Shown: positions 34,964-44,307, counted from the stretch's first letter. The stretch: 64,000 nucleotides of DNA from Minisyncoccota bacterium (GCA_041651395.1 JBAZJI010000001.1:571920-635919); one strand, 5' to 3'. Notes: generated from the sequence alone by a model not told the origin. Translations and numbers: made by a program.

Positions 34964-35638
34964 TCAAAAAAATTTCTTCAGAGTTTCTTTCTGGGGATGC
35001 TTGAAGGCGTATAATTTGGCCGGGCGAGCCCTATCCCCTTTGAGGATTTTGTGGGTATCTTCCAATAAATTCAGCTGGGCAAATTTTTTCCGGAAATTAC
35101 GTTTATCGATTTTTTTCTCCAAAATCGTCTCATATATTTTTTGCAGCTGCGTCAGCGTAAAAACCACGGGCAGAAGCGAGTAAACTACATTGGTATATTC
35201 CAGCTTCATCTTCAACCGATTAAGCGCGTATTTAATTATTTGCCCATGGTCAAAAGCCATGCGGGGCAATTTTTTTACCGACCAAAATTCCGGAGATTGG
35301 GCATCGGCCAGATCGGCGAAAATTATTTTTTCCTTGGGCATGAGGGCAAAATAGGCAACCGAAAATACTGGCCCGCGCGGATCGCGGTCCAAGCCCCCGA
35401 AGGTGTAAAGCTGTTCAAAGTATATTTTTTTAACCCCGGCCTTATCGTGAATTAGGCGCTCTACGGCCTTTTCCATAGTTTCCCCCTTAAGCAAGAACCC
35501 GCCTGGCAACGCATAAAAACCACAAAAAGGGTTGTGGGGCCTCTTTATCAAAAGCACCTTAAGCTCCCCGTCGACAATCGTAAAAACAACCACGTCAACC
35601 GTTAAAGAAGGGTTCAGGTATTGGTCTTTTTTGTCCAT
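34964..35638 (-). CDS. Nudix-domain + C-terminal winged-helix protein, NrtR-like regulator
   Basis: Nudix fold with a degenerate box GFLLKGETMEKAVERLIHDKAGV (REUXEE replaced by RLIHDK). A C-terminal region of about 80 aa fits the NrtR wHTH architecture. The promoter is leaderless-type. Confidence 0.65.
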   Translation of the reverse strand: MDKKDQYLNPSLTVDVVVFTIVDGELKVLLIKRPHNPFCGFYALPGGFLLKGETMEKAVERLIHDKAGVKKIYFEQLYTFGGLDRDPRGPVFSVAYFALMPKEKIIFADLADAQSPEFWSVKKLPRMAFDHGQIIKYALNRLKMKLEYTNVVYSLLPVVFTLTQLQKIYETILEKKIDKRNFRKKFAQLNLLEDTHKILKGDRARPAKLYAFKHPQKETLKKFF

Positions 35639-35701
35639 ATTACACTATTTATAACACTCTAATCCCCCAAAGGCAAAAGCCGCTTTGGGCGGCACAAAAA
35701 A

Positions 35702-36259
35702 TCATTTCACAATCGCCAAATCGGTTTGCCAACTAGGCGCCAAACAACTGACAGAGGCCCTCTCCCCAGCTATCTTTATATCCAAGCTATCCTCGCAACT
35801 TTGATATTTGGCTAAAGCCTCTTTTGCCAATTCGAGACTATCCTTAATCTTCCCCGCTTCCCAAGCCTTAAGCCCCTGGGGCCTTTCGATAATATCCAAA
35901 TTTTCGCTGCCCAGCCGGTCAACCCAAAGATATATTATTTGTTTGGCGATTTTATCGTAAGAGCCGATTTTATAATTAAGAGCGCGGCCATCAGAGGCAA
36001 CCTGCCAAGCTTCATAAGAATAAAACAGTAAATTCTTGCGGCCCGAACGCTCCTCGGAACGTTTCAAAGCCTCTTTAAGGCTAAGGGCCAAGCCCGGGGG
36101 ATTCTCTGTCGGAGGGCGCGGCGCATCTTTTTTGGCCGTAGCCAGCTCGATTTCACGGGCTCGTTGGACCGCATTTTTCGCGCCTTGATCTTGGATAAAA
36201 TAGGCGGCCATCACCGCCAAAACTACCACAATAAAAAATACTCCTAATACTTTTTTCAT
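35702..36259 (-). CDS. Membrane-anchored hypothetical protein
   Basis: N-terminal TM segment MKKVLGVFFIVVVLAVMAAYF. No family recognised. Confidence 0.6.
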   Translation of the reverse strand: MKKVLGVFFIVVVLAVMAAYFIQDQGAKNAVQRAREIELATAKKDAPRPPTENPPGLALSLKEALKRSEERSGRKNLLFYSYEAWQVASDGRALNYKIGSYDKIAKQIIYLWVDRLGSENLDIIERPQGLKAWEAGKIKDSLELAKEALAKYQSCEDSLDIKIAGERASVSCLAPSWQTDLAIVK

Positions 36260-36277
36260 GCTCGATTAAATTTATTC

Positions 36278-36934
36278 TCAGCGGAACTCAAAGTAGCTCT
36301 CGGGAGCCTGCTTTTGGCCATCAGCCTCCAAAATTTGCAGGACTTTCCCGGAAAATTCTTTTGGGAAAAACTCGCTGGCCGTGCTGGCGATCTGCTCCAA
36401 ATAAGCGCTTTTAGTCAAATCCCTTTCTTCCTTGTCTTGGGGCAGGATACCGGCCTCAAGCATTTCCTCTTTCTTGCGCGGATTATTAAAATATTCTATT
36501 CCCTTATCCATGTCTTGGCGCACATTTTGCCAATTCTGTTGCAAAAATTCATCCAAGGAATTTTGATAAACGACGCAAAACTCTTCAGCGCTAATTGCGG
36601 CGGGCAATCTGGCGCCAAGGTAGCTGATAAACTCGCGGAAAAACGGCGGCGCATTGCGGCCGGCGAAAAATTCCTTATTGGCCACCGCTTCAACAAAATC
36701 TTTGCTGGAAATTTTCTCCACCCCAACTTCTTTCTCCGCCTCAGCGGTTTTGGAGTTGGTATTACCAAAAGCATTTTCCAACTCTGCTTGAGCCTTAGCC
36801 AAATTGGCATTTTCTGCGGCCAAAATATTTTCCCTATCAGGCGGGAGTTCTTTCAAAACATTAATGGGCAGGTCGCTTTTAGTTATTTCTTTTTCTTGCT
36901 CGGGATTTGGTTTGATTTTTTCTGGATTATTCAT
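36278..36934 (-). CDS. Hypothetical soluble protein
   Basis: Natural-looking composition on the minus strand. TATAAT lies 16 nt upstream of ATG 36934 (the ORF track extends to 36994). The antisense 223-aa ORF was rejected. Confidence 0.6.
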   Translation of the reverse strand: MNNPEKIKPNPEQEKEITKSDLPINVLKELPPDRENILAAENANLAKAQAELENAFGNTNSKTAEAEKEVGVEKISSKDFVEAVANKEFFAGRNAPPFFREFISYLGARLPAAISAEEFCVVYQNSLDEFLQQNWQNVRQDMDKGIEYFNNPRKKEEMLEAGILPQDKEERDLTKSAYLEQIASTASEFFPKEFSGKVLQILEADGQKQAPESYFEFR

Positions 36935-37168
36935 AATCACTTGATACCCAATTATACCATTGAAGGGCCTGCCCTTCCAAGTTAAAAATACCAAAGAAAA
37001 ACTCCCCAGAGTACGGGGAGTGAAAAACCGCTACAAATCCTTTTCCAGGGGAAGTGCCCGGTTTTGAGCAATGGAATTACGATATAATTTTACTCGGATA
37101 AATAAATTGGGTCAATGCCTCCTGTGGAAAACAGCCAAAACTTCTTAACTGTATTGCTATTTCGCCTC

Positions 37169-37197
37169 TTGATTTTTAGTAATTTTTATGCTATAAT
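37169..37197 (+). promoter_or_regulatory. Sigma70-type promoter
   Basis: TTGATT (37169-37174), 17-nt spacer, TATAAT (37192-37197). Confidence 0.65.
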
Positions 37198-37236
37198 ATT
37201 AGTATAATCTGAAAGTCTAGTTAAGGAGGACCTTAA

Positions 37237-37677
37237 ATGAAAAATACATTTGTTTTTGTACTCGCCCTTGCCCTTATGGCAGCGCTTTGCTGTTGTGCTT
37301 GCGGACAGAAGGTGGAAGCTCCAAGCATTTCTATCACTAGTTTTTCACCAACTGGCCCGCAGAGTGGAACATTCTTTGGCGAAATAAGTAAGCTCGCCGA
37401 AAAAAATCTCCAAATCACTATCCAGATAAGGCATCCGCAATACCCTTCCGGGACAACCATGGAAATTTGTATCGTGGATCAGGCAATTCAAACAAGCGGC
37501 CTAAATGGAGAGAAATTTCCCGGACAGCACTCGTTTAATCTAGAGGCTGACGGCAAGGCAACATTTGCCATCGAGGTATCTGGCCTGCCAAAAAGCGGTT
37601 GGGTTGCCACGGCAAACGCGACATTCTTCTATCCTGAAGATGCCATGGAAAGCGGAGTATTTATTCCGCAGCAATGA
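37237..37677 (+). CDS. Small lipoprotein/secreted protein
   Basis: SD aaggagg. Signal peptide with the Cys cluster LMAALCCCACGQ (lipobox-like). Confidence 0.7.
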   Translation: MKNTFVFVLALALMAALCCCACGQKVEAPSISITSFSPTGPQSGTFFGEISKLAEKNLQITIQIRHPQYPSGTTMEICIVDQAIQTSGLNGEKFPGQHSFNLEADGKATFAIEVSGLPKSGWVATANATFFYPEDAMESGVFIPQQ

Positions 37678-37694
37678 ACAAAAACAACCAAAAT

Positions 37695-37727
37695 CGGCCT
37701 GTGCTATCACAGGCCGCGTTGTTTTTT
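37695..37727 (+). terminator. Rho-independent terminator
   Basis: cggcctgtg-ctat-cacaggccg followed by cgttgtttttt. Confidence 0.85.
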
Positions 37728-37763
37728 ATATTCTTCAAATGTTATAATTAGGAAAAATTGATT

Positions 37764-40700
37764 ATGAAAAAATTATTGCTTGCCCTGTTTTTCTTTTTTT
37801 GGGCCCAAACAGCGCTGGCCGCCTCCAATGAGACTATTTATATCGACAATGCCAAGCTGACAAGCTTTGGCGGAAACTCCACTATCGAATATCGGATTGC
37901 CGGCCCCCTTAAAGCCCAAACAGAATATATTTTAAGAGTTACACCTCAAGAATCGGTCGCCAGCACTCAGCTGCAAGAAAAAACCATAGCTTTCAGCCTC
38001 GCTACCCTTTCTAATAATATTCTCAAACTGGAACTCCCGGGCCTTAATTTACAAGAAGCCTCGCGCTATTATTTGGGGAAAATGGAAATTACCGCTAAGG
38101 AGCCGCTCCTTAGCCCTCTAAGCGTCTCCACTCCGACTGTGCCGCCCACCCTAAATGAAGTAACTTCCGCCCCCAGCCTCAAAGCCCAAGAGGTCGAGCT
38201 TAATTTGAATTGCTTTGTTCAACAGGGCAAAATTACAGTTACAGCTTTTGCCTTTGCCTCAGAAGCGGCTAAAAAACCCCGCGGTTCTTTTTTTGTGCTT
38301 GGCTATAGGGAAAAATCCCCTACGGACTACCAATCTTATTTATACGGCACCAATTCCGACAAAATCCCGGCCGACACAACCATTGTCGGCACCATGGCCA
38401 CAGAAAAAGGCCAATCCCCTGCTAATGGCGAACGCTATTGCTTTAAGGGTTATTTTTCAGCTAATGGGGAAAATCCGATCGAATTGCTTCCTAAAAAACC
38501 TGTTTGCTGTACTGCGCCAACCGCGGAAATGTCTGGTAAAAAATTAGAGCCCTACAAAAAAGGCGAAGCCAAAAGGCGGGTTGAAACTTCTAAAGATAAA
38601 AAAACCGCCTGTGCCCAAAACGGGCTTTGTACTCAAGTTACCGAAGAATGGGGCACGGGTTTGGAAATTTTTGCCGCCGCCTATGAAGAAAAAGAGCCCG
38701 ACCAAATCTGTGTGGAATGCTCTGAAGATGCCATAGGCTGGCAGGGGCCTAATTATAAAAAGGATGAAAAACTCTACAACAGCTGCCACGTTTACGGAGT
38801 AGATAAGCGCGATAGGCTCAATTCGGCCTACTTCGCCTTAAATGGCTTGCGCAGTGGCATGCAATATCGCTGTCATGCCATTTTCTACTATGGCACGGTC
38901 TTCCCGCGCAAAGATTACGGACCCAATGTTTATGCCAGAACCAAAAAGGTTTCTGCCTTCATTGAAGACTTTTGCAACCAAACGGCCAGCCAAATTTCGG
39001 TTTTAATCAGCACCTTCGGCTATAATGTCAACGACAATAAAAATAAAGTTACGGTCAGCGCGCTTTACCGCGAAATAGGCGCCACTAATTGGTTGGAAAG
39101 CGAGCAAATCACCCTCCCTGACCCCAAAAGCAAAATTCCGCGCAACCTTGCCGAAAGCCAAAAATTAATAAATGAGCGCACCGCCGCACCCCACAACGAA
39201 GGGGGCAACTGGTGTTACCCTATTGGCGAAGGACAATATCAAATCACGATAAAAAATTTAGCAGCAGGCACAACCTACGAATTCCGGCCCAAGGTTACGA
39301 TAGAAAACGGCAACCCGGATACCAACTTGCAATACGAACCAAGAAAAATTTATCCCGACCGTTATCAAGACGATTTTGAAACTAAAAATTTTCGCACAGC
39401 CGGGACGTTTAATACAGTCGTTTTCCCCGACATAAAATATAGCGAGGAATATAACAACCAACCGATAGCATTTAATGCTAAATTTAAGAACGCGAAAAAA
39501 GATTTTTGGGGCTGGTTTGTTATCGGCGCCTTGCAATCGGCAGACAAATGGTGCACCCCTCAGCAACGCATTAGAGGAGGATTTGATTTCAATTACAAAT
39601 TGCCCATCGGCCTGACAAAATTAAAGGCCTGTGATAATTCCAAACCACTCAAGAAAGACAAGCAATTTTATCGCATGGCCAATACCGACTACAATGTCAT
39701 GGCTTTTGCTAATTACCAAGGCCCTGATGGCAAGTGGAGGCTTTATCAGTCCAATGCCCTGCTCTTCAGACAAAATATTGCCGATAAATCGAAAATAATC
39801 GATATTAGCGCACAGTTAACCGGAGAAAAACCGACCTTAATAAAAATTTCTGCCAAAATAAAATCCAAGGACCCTAATGCTTCCTGCTTTTTCCAAATAA
39901 AAGAAAATACTGGCGCTAATTACAATAAAATTTATTCTTCTCCGGAGATTAAACCCGTAAACGGAATTTGCACCTTCACGCTTAGCGAGTACGGCACGCC
40001 TTTATTCTGGACCAGTGATGCATGGTGGGATAGTTGGAAAAAAATTCTCCGAAGCAAAGAACGCAATATTAGTATTCAGCACCACCTCCTGCCGCTAACC
40101 AAATACGTTTTAGGCATGAGGCTGCGCGATTACACCGGCATAGTATCTACTGTTGAAAAAGGCGCACCCTCCAATATTCTCGACAAAGAAGTCAGCACTC
40201 CCCAATTTTCTTCCTATATCGAAAATGTCCCAGTCCATGTCCAATGGGCCGAACCTTGGGGCAGCTATGTTTTGGAATCCGGCCACAACATGGCCAATTA
40301 TGGCTGCGGAGATGCTTCCCTTTCTATGGTCATAGCCCATTGGTACCGCCAAAGCAAAGGCCAAGCCGCGGGTTTTGCCGCCAAGTGGGATAAGTATATC
40401 TATCCGGAAATTTGCGCCAAGCTTTGGGGTGCATGGAAAGGATATTGCAAAGACTTGGGCAGTGAGCCAAACCCTTTAAGCGTTCAGCGTTGGGAAGAGC
40501 TCCAAGGCATGACCCGGGGCGGCGCTTGGCAGGCCAAAATAATCAAAGAAAAATTGCGCCTTGTTGGGTTAGATATCGAGCCGGTTTGCACGCATAATAT
40601 GGCCCAAATCCGAGAAAATTATTTGAATAAGAATATCCCCTTAGTGGTAAAAACTCGGCCCTCAATTGCTTCTTGCAGGAATCAACATTATGTCGTGCTT

Positions 40701-41042
40701 TTGGGGTTCTACGATAACCGCCAATTTTATCTAAACGGCCAAGAGGCTTTGAATTATCTGATTATTAATGACCCGGCCATGGATCATGAAGAAGACAAAC
40801 CGCGTTGGATAAATGTCCAAACCCTCGTTTCCCGTACGGGTGGCATATATTGCGGCCCGCATGCCGTCGGCAACCATGCCACAGACGAGGATATCTACAC
40901 TATCGATGCCATGGAAAATGGAGCCTTTGCGGTTTTTCCACGCAACCTTAGTGAAGAAAAAAATCCCAACTACCTGCAAATGGTCTCGGCGCGCACCGGC
41001 TGCAGCCAAAAATTCCTCAACCGTTTCTTCTCCGGAAAATAA
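37764..41042 (+). CDS. Large secreted protein (about 1092 aa) with C-terminal papain-like/C39-like cysteine peptidase domain
   Basis: Signal peptide MKKLLLALFFFFWAQTALA. C-terminal candidate triad: NYGCGDASLSM (Cys codon 40305-40307), NQHYVVLLGF (His codon 40686-40688), IINDP. Confidence 0.7.
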   Translation: MKKLLLALFFFFWAQTALAASNETIYIDNAKLTSFGGNSTIEYRIAGPLKAQTEYILRVTPQESVASTQLQEKTIAFSLATLSNNILKLELPGLNLQEASRYYLGKMEITAKEPLLSPLSVSTPTVPPTLNEVTSAPSLKAQEVELNLNCFVQQGKITVTAFAFASEAAKKPRGSFFVLGYREKSPTDYQSYLYGTNSDKIPADTTIVGTMATEKGQSPANGERYCFKGYFSANGENPIELLPKKPVCCTAPTAEMSGKKLEPYKKGEAKRRVETSKDKKTACAQNGLCTQVTEEWGTGLEIFAAAYEEKEPDQICVECSEDAIGWQGPNYKKDEKLYNSCHVYGVDKRDRLNSAYFALNGLRSGMQYRCHAIFYYGTVFPRKDYGPNVYARTKKVSAFIEDFCNQTASQISVLISTFGYNVNDNKNKVTVSALYREIGATNWLESEQITLPDPKSKIPRNLAESQKLINERTAAPHNEGGNWCYPIGEGQYQITIKNLAAGTTYEFRPKVTIENGNPDTNLQYEPRKIYPDRYQDDFETKNFRTAGTFNTVVFPDIKYSEEYNNQPIAFNAKFKNAKKDFWGWFVIGALQSADKWCTPQQRIRGGFDFNYKLPIGLTKLKACDNSKPLKKDKQFYRMANTDYNVMAFANYQGPDGKWRLYQSNALLFRQNIADKSKIIDISAQLTGEKPTLIKISAKIKSKDPNASCFFQIKENTGANYNKIYSSPEIKPVNGICTFTLSEYGTPLFWTSDAWWDSWKKILRSKERNISIQHHLLPLTKYVLGMRLRDYTGIVSTVEKGAPSNILDKEVSTPQFSSYIENVPVHVQWAEPWGSYVLESGHNMANYGCGDASLSMVIAHWYRQSKGQAAGFAAKWDKYIYPEICAKLWGAWKGYCKDLGSEPNPLSVQRWEELQGMTRGGAWQAKIIKEKLRLVGLDIEPVCTHNMAQIRENYLNKNIPLVVKTRPSIASCRNQHYVVLLGFYDNRQFYLNGQEALNYLIINDPAMDHEEDKPRWINVQTLVSRTGGIYCGPHAVGNHATDEDIYTIDAMENGAFAVFPRNLSEEKNPNYLQMVSARTGCSQKFLNRFFSGK

Positions 41043-41043
41043 T

Positions 41044-41077
41044 AAAAAATACCCGCTCAACGGCGGGTATTTTTTAT
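41044..41077. terminator. Bidirectional terminator hairpin
   Basis: tacccgc-(6 nt)-gcgggta flanked by A6 and T-runs, between convergent genes. Confidence 0.75.
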
Positions 41078-41652
41078 TTTTGGAAGAGCTTAGTAATTTT
41101 TTCTTGGAAGTTCTGAGGTTGGCTTAATTCATCTTGATTAGTCACGATGAATTTGAATTTTGCCCCGGCCAAGGCATTTTGTAAAAACCGAATATTCTCT
41201 TTAGCCTCAAAGCCGGTATCTACTATAACTGCCATCACCGGAGAAAAATCACTCCGCCGCACAACAACAAAATCCACTGGTCGTTTCAGGAGATCTTTGG
41301 AAAAACCCAACCACTTTTGACTAATTTTCGAGCGATCCGGCTCTAACAATTCCCCTAAAAACATATTAGCCAAAATTTCATAGTCCCCGGAAAAGGTTTG
41401 GCAAAGTAAATCAAAAACCTTGGCCTTGGCTGGGGATAAAACTTGGCCTTTAGTGATAAAATTGACTTTGGCTTTGCGCCGCATGAGAGCATCCCAAAGA
41501 CTGGCCAAAATCCAAAAAATCAGCAAAGCGGCCAGAAAGGCCACGATATACCAAAGGTAAGCCTCCATTTTTTGGATAAACTGCCACCCCCAGTAAGGGA
41601 TATTGGTCCTATTAATTGATAAACTGTCAGTCATATTTGTTTGGTTAATCAT
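41074..41652 (-). CDS. Membrane-anchored DUF2726-like (restriction-endonuclease-fold) protein
   Basis: An N-terminal TM segment, then VLSPAKAKVFDLL...YEILANM...VDFVVVRRSDFSPVMAVIVD, which resembles DUF2726. Confidence 0.5.
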   Translation of the reverse strand: MINQTNMTDSLSINRTNIPYWGWQFIQKMEAYLWYIVAFLAALLIFWILASLWDALMRRKAKVNFITKGQVLSPAKAKVFDLLCQTFSGDYEILANMFLGELLEPDRSKISQKWLGFSKDLLKRPVDFVVVRRSDFSPVMAVIVDTGFEAKENIRFLQNALAGAKFKFIVTNQDELSQPQNFQEKITKLFQK

Positions 41653-41691
41653 AATTTGAAAAAGCTAAAATGCCAAGGCGGCCAATACTAA

Positions 41692-41715
41692 AATAAAAAC
41701 CGCGATATCCGCGGT
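41692..41715 (-). terminator. Rho-independent terminator after purC
   Basis: Minus strand reads accgcg-gatat-cgcggt followed by ttttta. Confidence 0.7.
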
Positions 41716-41719
41716 TATT

Positions 41720-42619
41720 TCAAAAAAATTTTGCAGGGAGTCTAAGTCTCTGAGCAAGCTCAGCCACAAAGGCATAGTTACTGATAACACTATCGTTCAA
41801 ACCATGATCTCTGAAAGCCTGCTTGGAAAGTTCATTCCACCTTTCATCGCAAAGCCGCCAAGAGTCGTTATCGATGACGTCGGCAATCAGCAAAGTATTG
41901 CAAAAAGAGTCCTTGCCGAATTCCACTTTTAAGTCGATGAGTGTGCAACCTTGCTCCGCCCAAGCGCTCTCCAAAATTTTGAAAGCTCGGGAAGCCATTT
42001 TCTCCATCTCGCCAATCTCGGCAAGGTCATCAACTACATCCGGGGCGCGCACTACTCGGGCGGTCTTCAAAAACATGCCTTCTGCACAAATCTCCTTCGA
42101 ATGGCAGAGCAACCACTTTTCTTGATTGGGATTAGCAATGAATGGGTCCTCTTCCCCATTTTGCGCATCCAATTTTAAGTCAACGCTTTTATCTCCTTTC
42201 TTGACCACTCCGCCGTTAGTTTTCAAAAAAAACTCCACCAAAGGGCTTGGGAAACGATAAGGCTTTTGGCTTTTAGTCCGGATATATTCGGGATGCCGCT
42301 TTAGATAACTGCCAACGGCAAATCGCCTAATCACTACCTCTAAGGGAATCATCGTGCACTGCGGGGCCACAAAAGAGGTTGGACTAATTTGCTCTTCAAA
42401 AGCCACTTCTACATTACCCATTGCCAGCATTTCGAATACTTCGCAAGTTGTCGTGGTGCAATATTGAGCTTTTTTCTCAAATTGCTTGGTGTAGTTCGGA
42501 TCATCAAAGGCCGTAATATCGTCGCGGTTTTCCAAAATGACAAATTCGGGCATTCCAACGACCCGAAAAACACTTTTGGTCTTCCCTCTGCTTATCTCTT
42601 CGCCTTTTTTATATTCCAC
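41720..42619 (-). CDS. purC: Phosphoribosylaminoimidazole-succinocarboxamide (SAICAR) synthase
   Basis: GKTKSVF, IPLEVVIRRFAVGSYLKR, LIDLKVEFG and LIADVIDNDSWRL. Confidence 0.88.
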   Translation of the reverse strand: MEYKKGEEISRGKTKSVFRVVGMPEFVILENRDDITAFDDPNYTKQFEKKAQYCTTTTCEVFEMLAMGNVEVAFEEQISPTSFVAPQCTMIPLEVVIRRFAVGSYLKRHPEYIRTKSQKPYRFPSPLVEFFLKTNGGVVKKGDKSVDLKLDAQNGEEDPFIANPNQEKWLLCHSKEICAEGMFLKTARVVRAPDVVDDLAEIGEMEKMASRAFKILESAWAEQGCTLIDLKVEFGKDSFCNTLLIADVIDNDSWRLCDERWNELSKQAFRDHGLNDSVISNYAFVAELAQRLRLPAKFF

Positions 42620-42674
42620 TTATCCTCCTTAATAATATGCAATTTTTAATATGCCTGAACTTACCCGTAATCCA

Positions 42675-42709
42675 ATCAAAAATCAAGCCCGCAGACTTGC
42701 GGGCTTGAT
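42675..42709 (-). terminator. Rho-independent terminator
   Basis: 12-bp stem atcaagcccgca / tgcgggcttgat with a 4-nt loop, then ttttgatt on the minus strand. Confidence 0.85.
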
Positions 42710-42719
42710 GAATTATCAA

Positions 42720-43283
42720 TTATTGCAATTCGATGGTCGAGCTGGAGGAGGTTGATGCGCTTGGGCTTGGGCTGGGCGCGGGCAAAACCTGAGTCATCTG
42801 AGTTCGAGCCACGCTCCACTTTTTTTCAATACCCTCCCCATTCATCTCTCCGGGATTAGCATCCCCTTTATAATAATATAGCGGCTTGCCATCTAAAGAA
42901 ATCTGGAATAAACCATCTTGGCGCGCAAAAGCCATTACCGTGCCCATATATTTTTCCGCCCTTATTTGGGAAGTATCCCCGACGGTAAGGGGCGGCCAAG
43001 TTTCAAGGCAGCTGCTGGCGCAATGACTCTTGTCTTTTTCATCTTTAGAAAAAGTATAAAGCGTCCGGCCGGCATTATCAGTAACAATTTTCCCTAAAGA
43101 ACTATCCGATAGTTTGATAATCGGGTTTTCAATGGGCGGCTCAACTTGTTGTGGCGTTGTCGTGGCCACCTCAGCCACTGGCTTCGGGGGCATAGCTACC
43201 TTGGGCGGCTGCATAAAAAAGTAATAATACGCACCAACCCAAACAATTAAGATTACAAAAATAAAAATAATTGCCTTATTCAT
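42720..43283 (-). CDS. Secreted COG4315-type repeat protein (Yx(FWY)xxD lipoprotein family)
   Basis: N-terminal TM/signal segment. Repeats GRTLYTFSKDEKDKSHCASSCLETWPPL and GKPLYYYKGDANPGEMNGEG. Confidence 0.7.
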   Translation of the reverse strand: MNKAIIFIFVILIVWVGAYYYFFMQPPKVAMPPKPVAEVATTTPQQVEPPIENPIIKLSDSSLGKIVTDNAGRTLYTFSKDEKDKSHCASSCLETWPPLTVGDTSQIRAEKYMGTVMAFARQDGLFQISLDGKPLYYYKGDANPGEMNGEGIEKKWSVARTQMTQVLPAPSPSPSASTSSSSTIELQ

Positions 43284-43335
43284 AATGATTTATGACTATT
43301 ATAACTCATTTCGGGGGAAAAAAAGAGCCCCTATT

Positions 43336-44307
43336 TTAGGGGCAATGTTGTTTTTGTCGTTCGTAGCGCTCGTTATCGTAAGCGGAAACGATGCTAACCA
43401 GCAAAGCCATTCTCACATACAAACCATTTTCAGCTTGTTCAAAATATTTTGCGCGCGGATCATCATCAACTTCAACTGCAATTTCTTCATTACGGGGCAG
43501 TGGATGCAAAATAATGGTATCGGGCTTCATGAGTTGAAGGGTTTGCTTGGTAATCGAAAAAGCTTGCCCTCTTTCAAAATTAGTTCCCCTCTCTTTTTGT
43601 GTGCGGGTTTGGTAAATAACATTGACTTGGCCGGCCACATCGCGTAGGTCGCTAAATTCCTCCCATGCTACACCCCTTTGCGCCAAAAAATCTTTAACGT
43701 CTTGGCGCATGCGCGCATTCTCTGGCGAAACATAATATATTTTCATGCGCTGCCAATTAGCCAAAATTTTACTCAATGAGCGGACCGTTCGACCCTTATC
43801 CAAATCCCCAACCATGGCAATTTGCAAACCATCAATTGGCGACCAACCAAAATGCTTACTGATAGTATAAACGTCTAACAGGGCTTGTGTGGGATGTTCG
43901 CCGGAGCCATCACCTGCATTGATAACCGGCGCCGCTGATTTGGCCGCTGCCTTGGACGCATCACCAACATTCTTGCTGCGCATTACAATGCAATCCGGTT
44001 TATAACCGTTTAGCGTGCGCACCGTATCTTCGATAGTCTCACCCTTTATAGCCGAAGAAAATTCCTCGGCATTTTCCGTGCTCACCACGCTGCCGCCAAG
44101 CTTAATGAAGGCACTCTCAAAAGAAAATCGTGTCCTAGTACTGGGTTCATAGAAAAGCGAAAACATCAATCTAGGCACTATCGCCCAATAACGAGCCAAC
44201 CGCACATCAATGTAGTTCTCCATTTCCTTGGCCCGCGGAAAAAGATCCTTTTCCAGCCAAGCTCGGGAAAATTGCGCCACTTCCAAAATATGTTTGATTT
44301 TCTCCAC
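43336..44307 (-). CDS. pyrB: Aspartate carbamoyltransferase catalytic subunit
   Basis: FYEPSTRTRFSFE, HPTQALLD and ILHPLPRNEEI. Confidence 0.88.
   Translation of the reverse strand: MEKIKHILEVAQFSRAWLEKDLFPRAKEMENYIDVRLARYWAIVPRLMFSLFYEPSTRTRFSFESAFIKLGGSVVSTENAEEFSSAIKGETIEDTVRTLNGYKPDCIVMRSKNVGDASKAAAKSAAPVINAGDGSGEHPTQALLDVYTISKHFGWSPIDGLQIAMVGDLDKGRTVRSLSKILANWQRMKIYYVSPENARMRQDVKDFLAQRGVAWEEFSDLRDVAGQVNVIYQTRTQKERGTNFERGQAFSITKQTLQLMKPDTIILHPLPRNEEIAVEVDDDPRAKYFEQAENGLYVRMALLVSIVSAYDNERYERQKQHCP

Noticed and set aside
36314-36985. 223-aa plus-strand ORF fully overlapping the minus-strand gene 36278-36934
   Set aside because: Its composition is F/L/I-rich, as expected for an antisense shadow, with no SD or promoter. 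The minus-strand product has natural composition and its own TATAAT.
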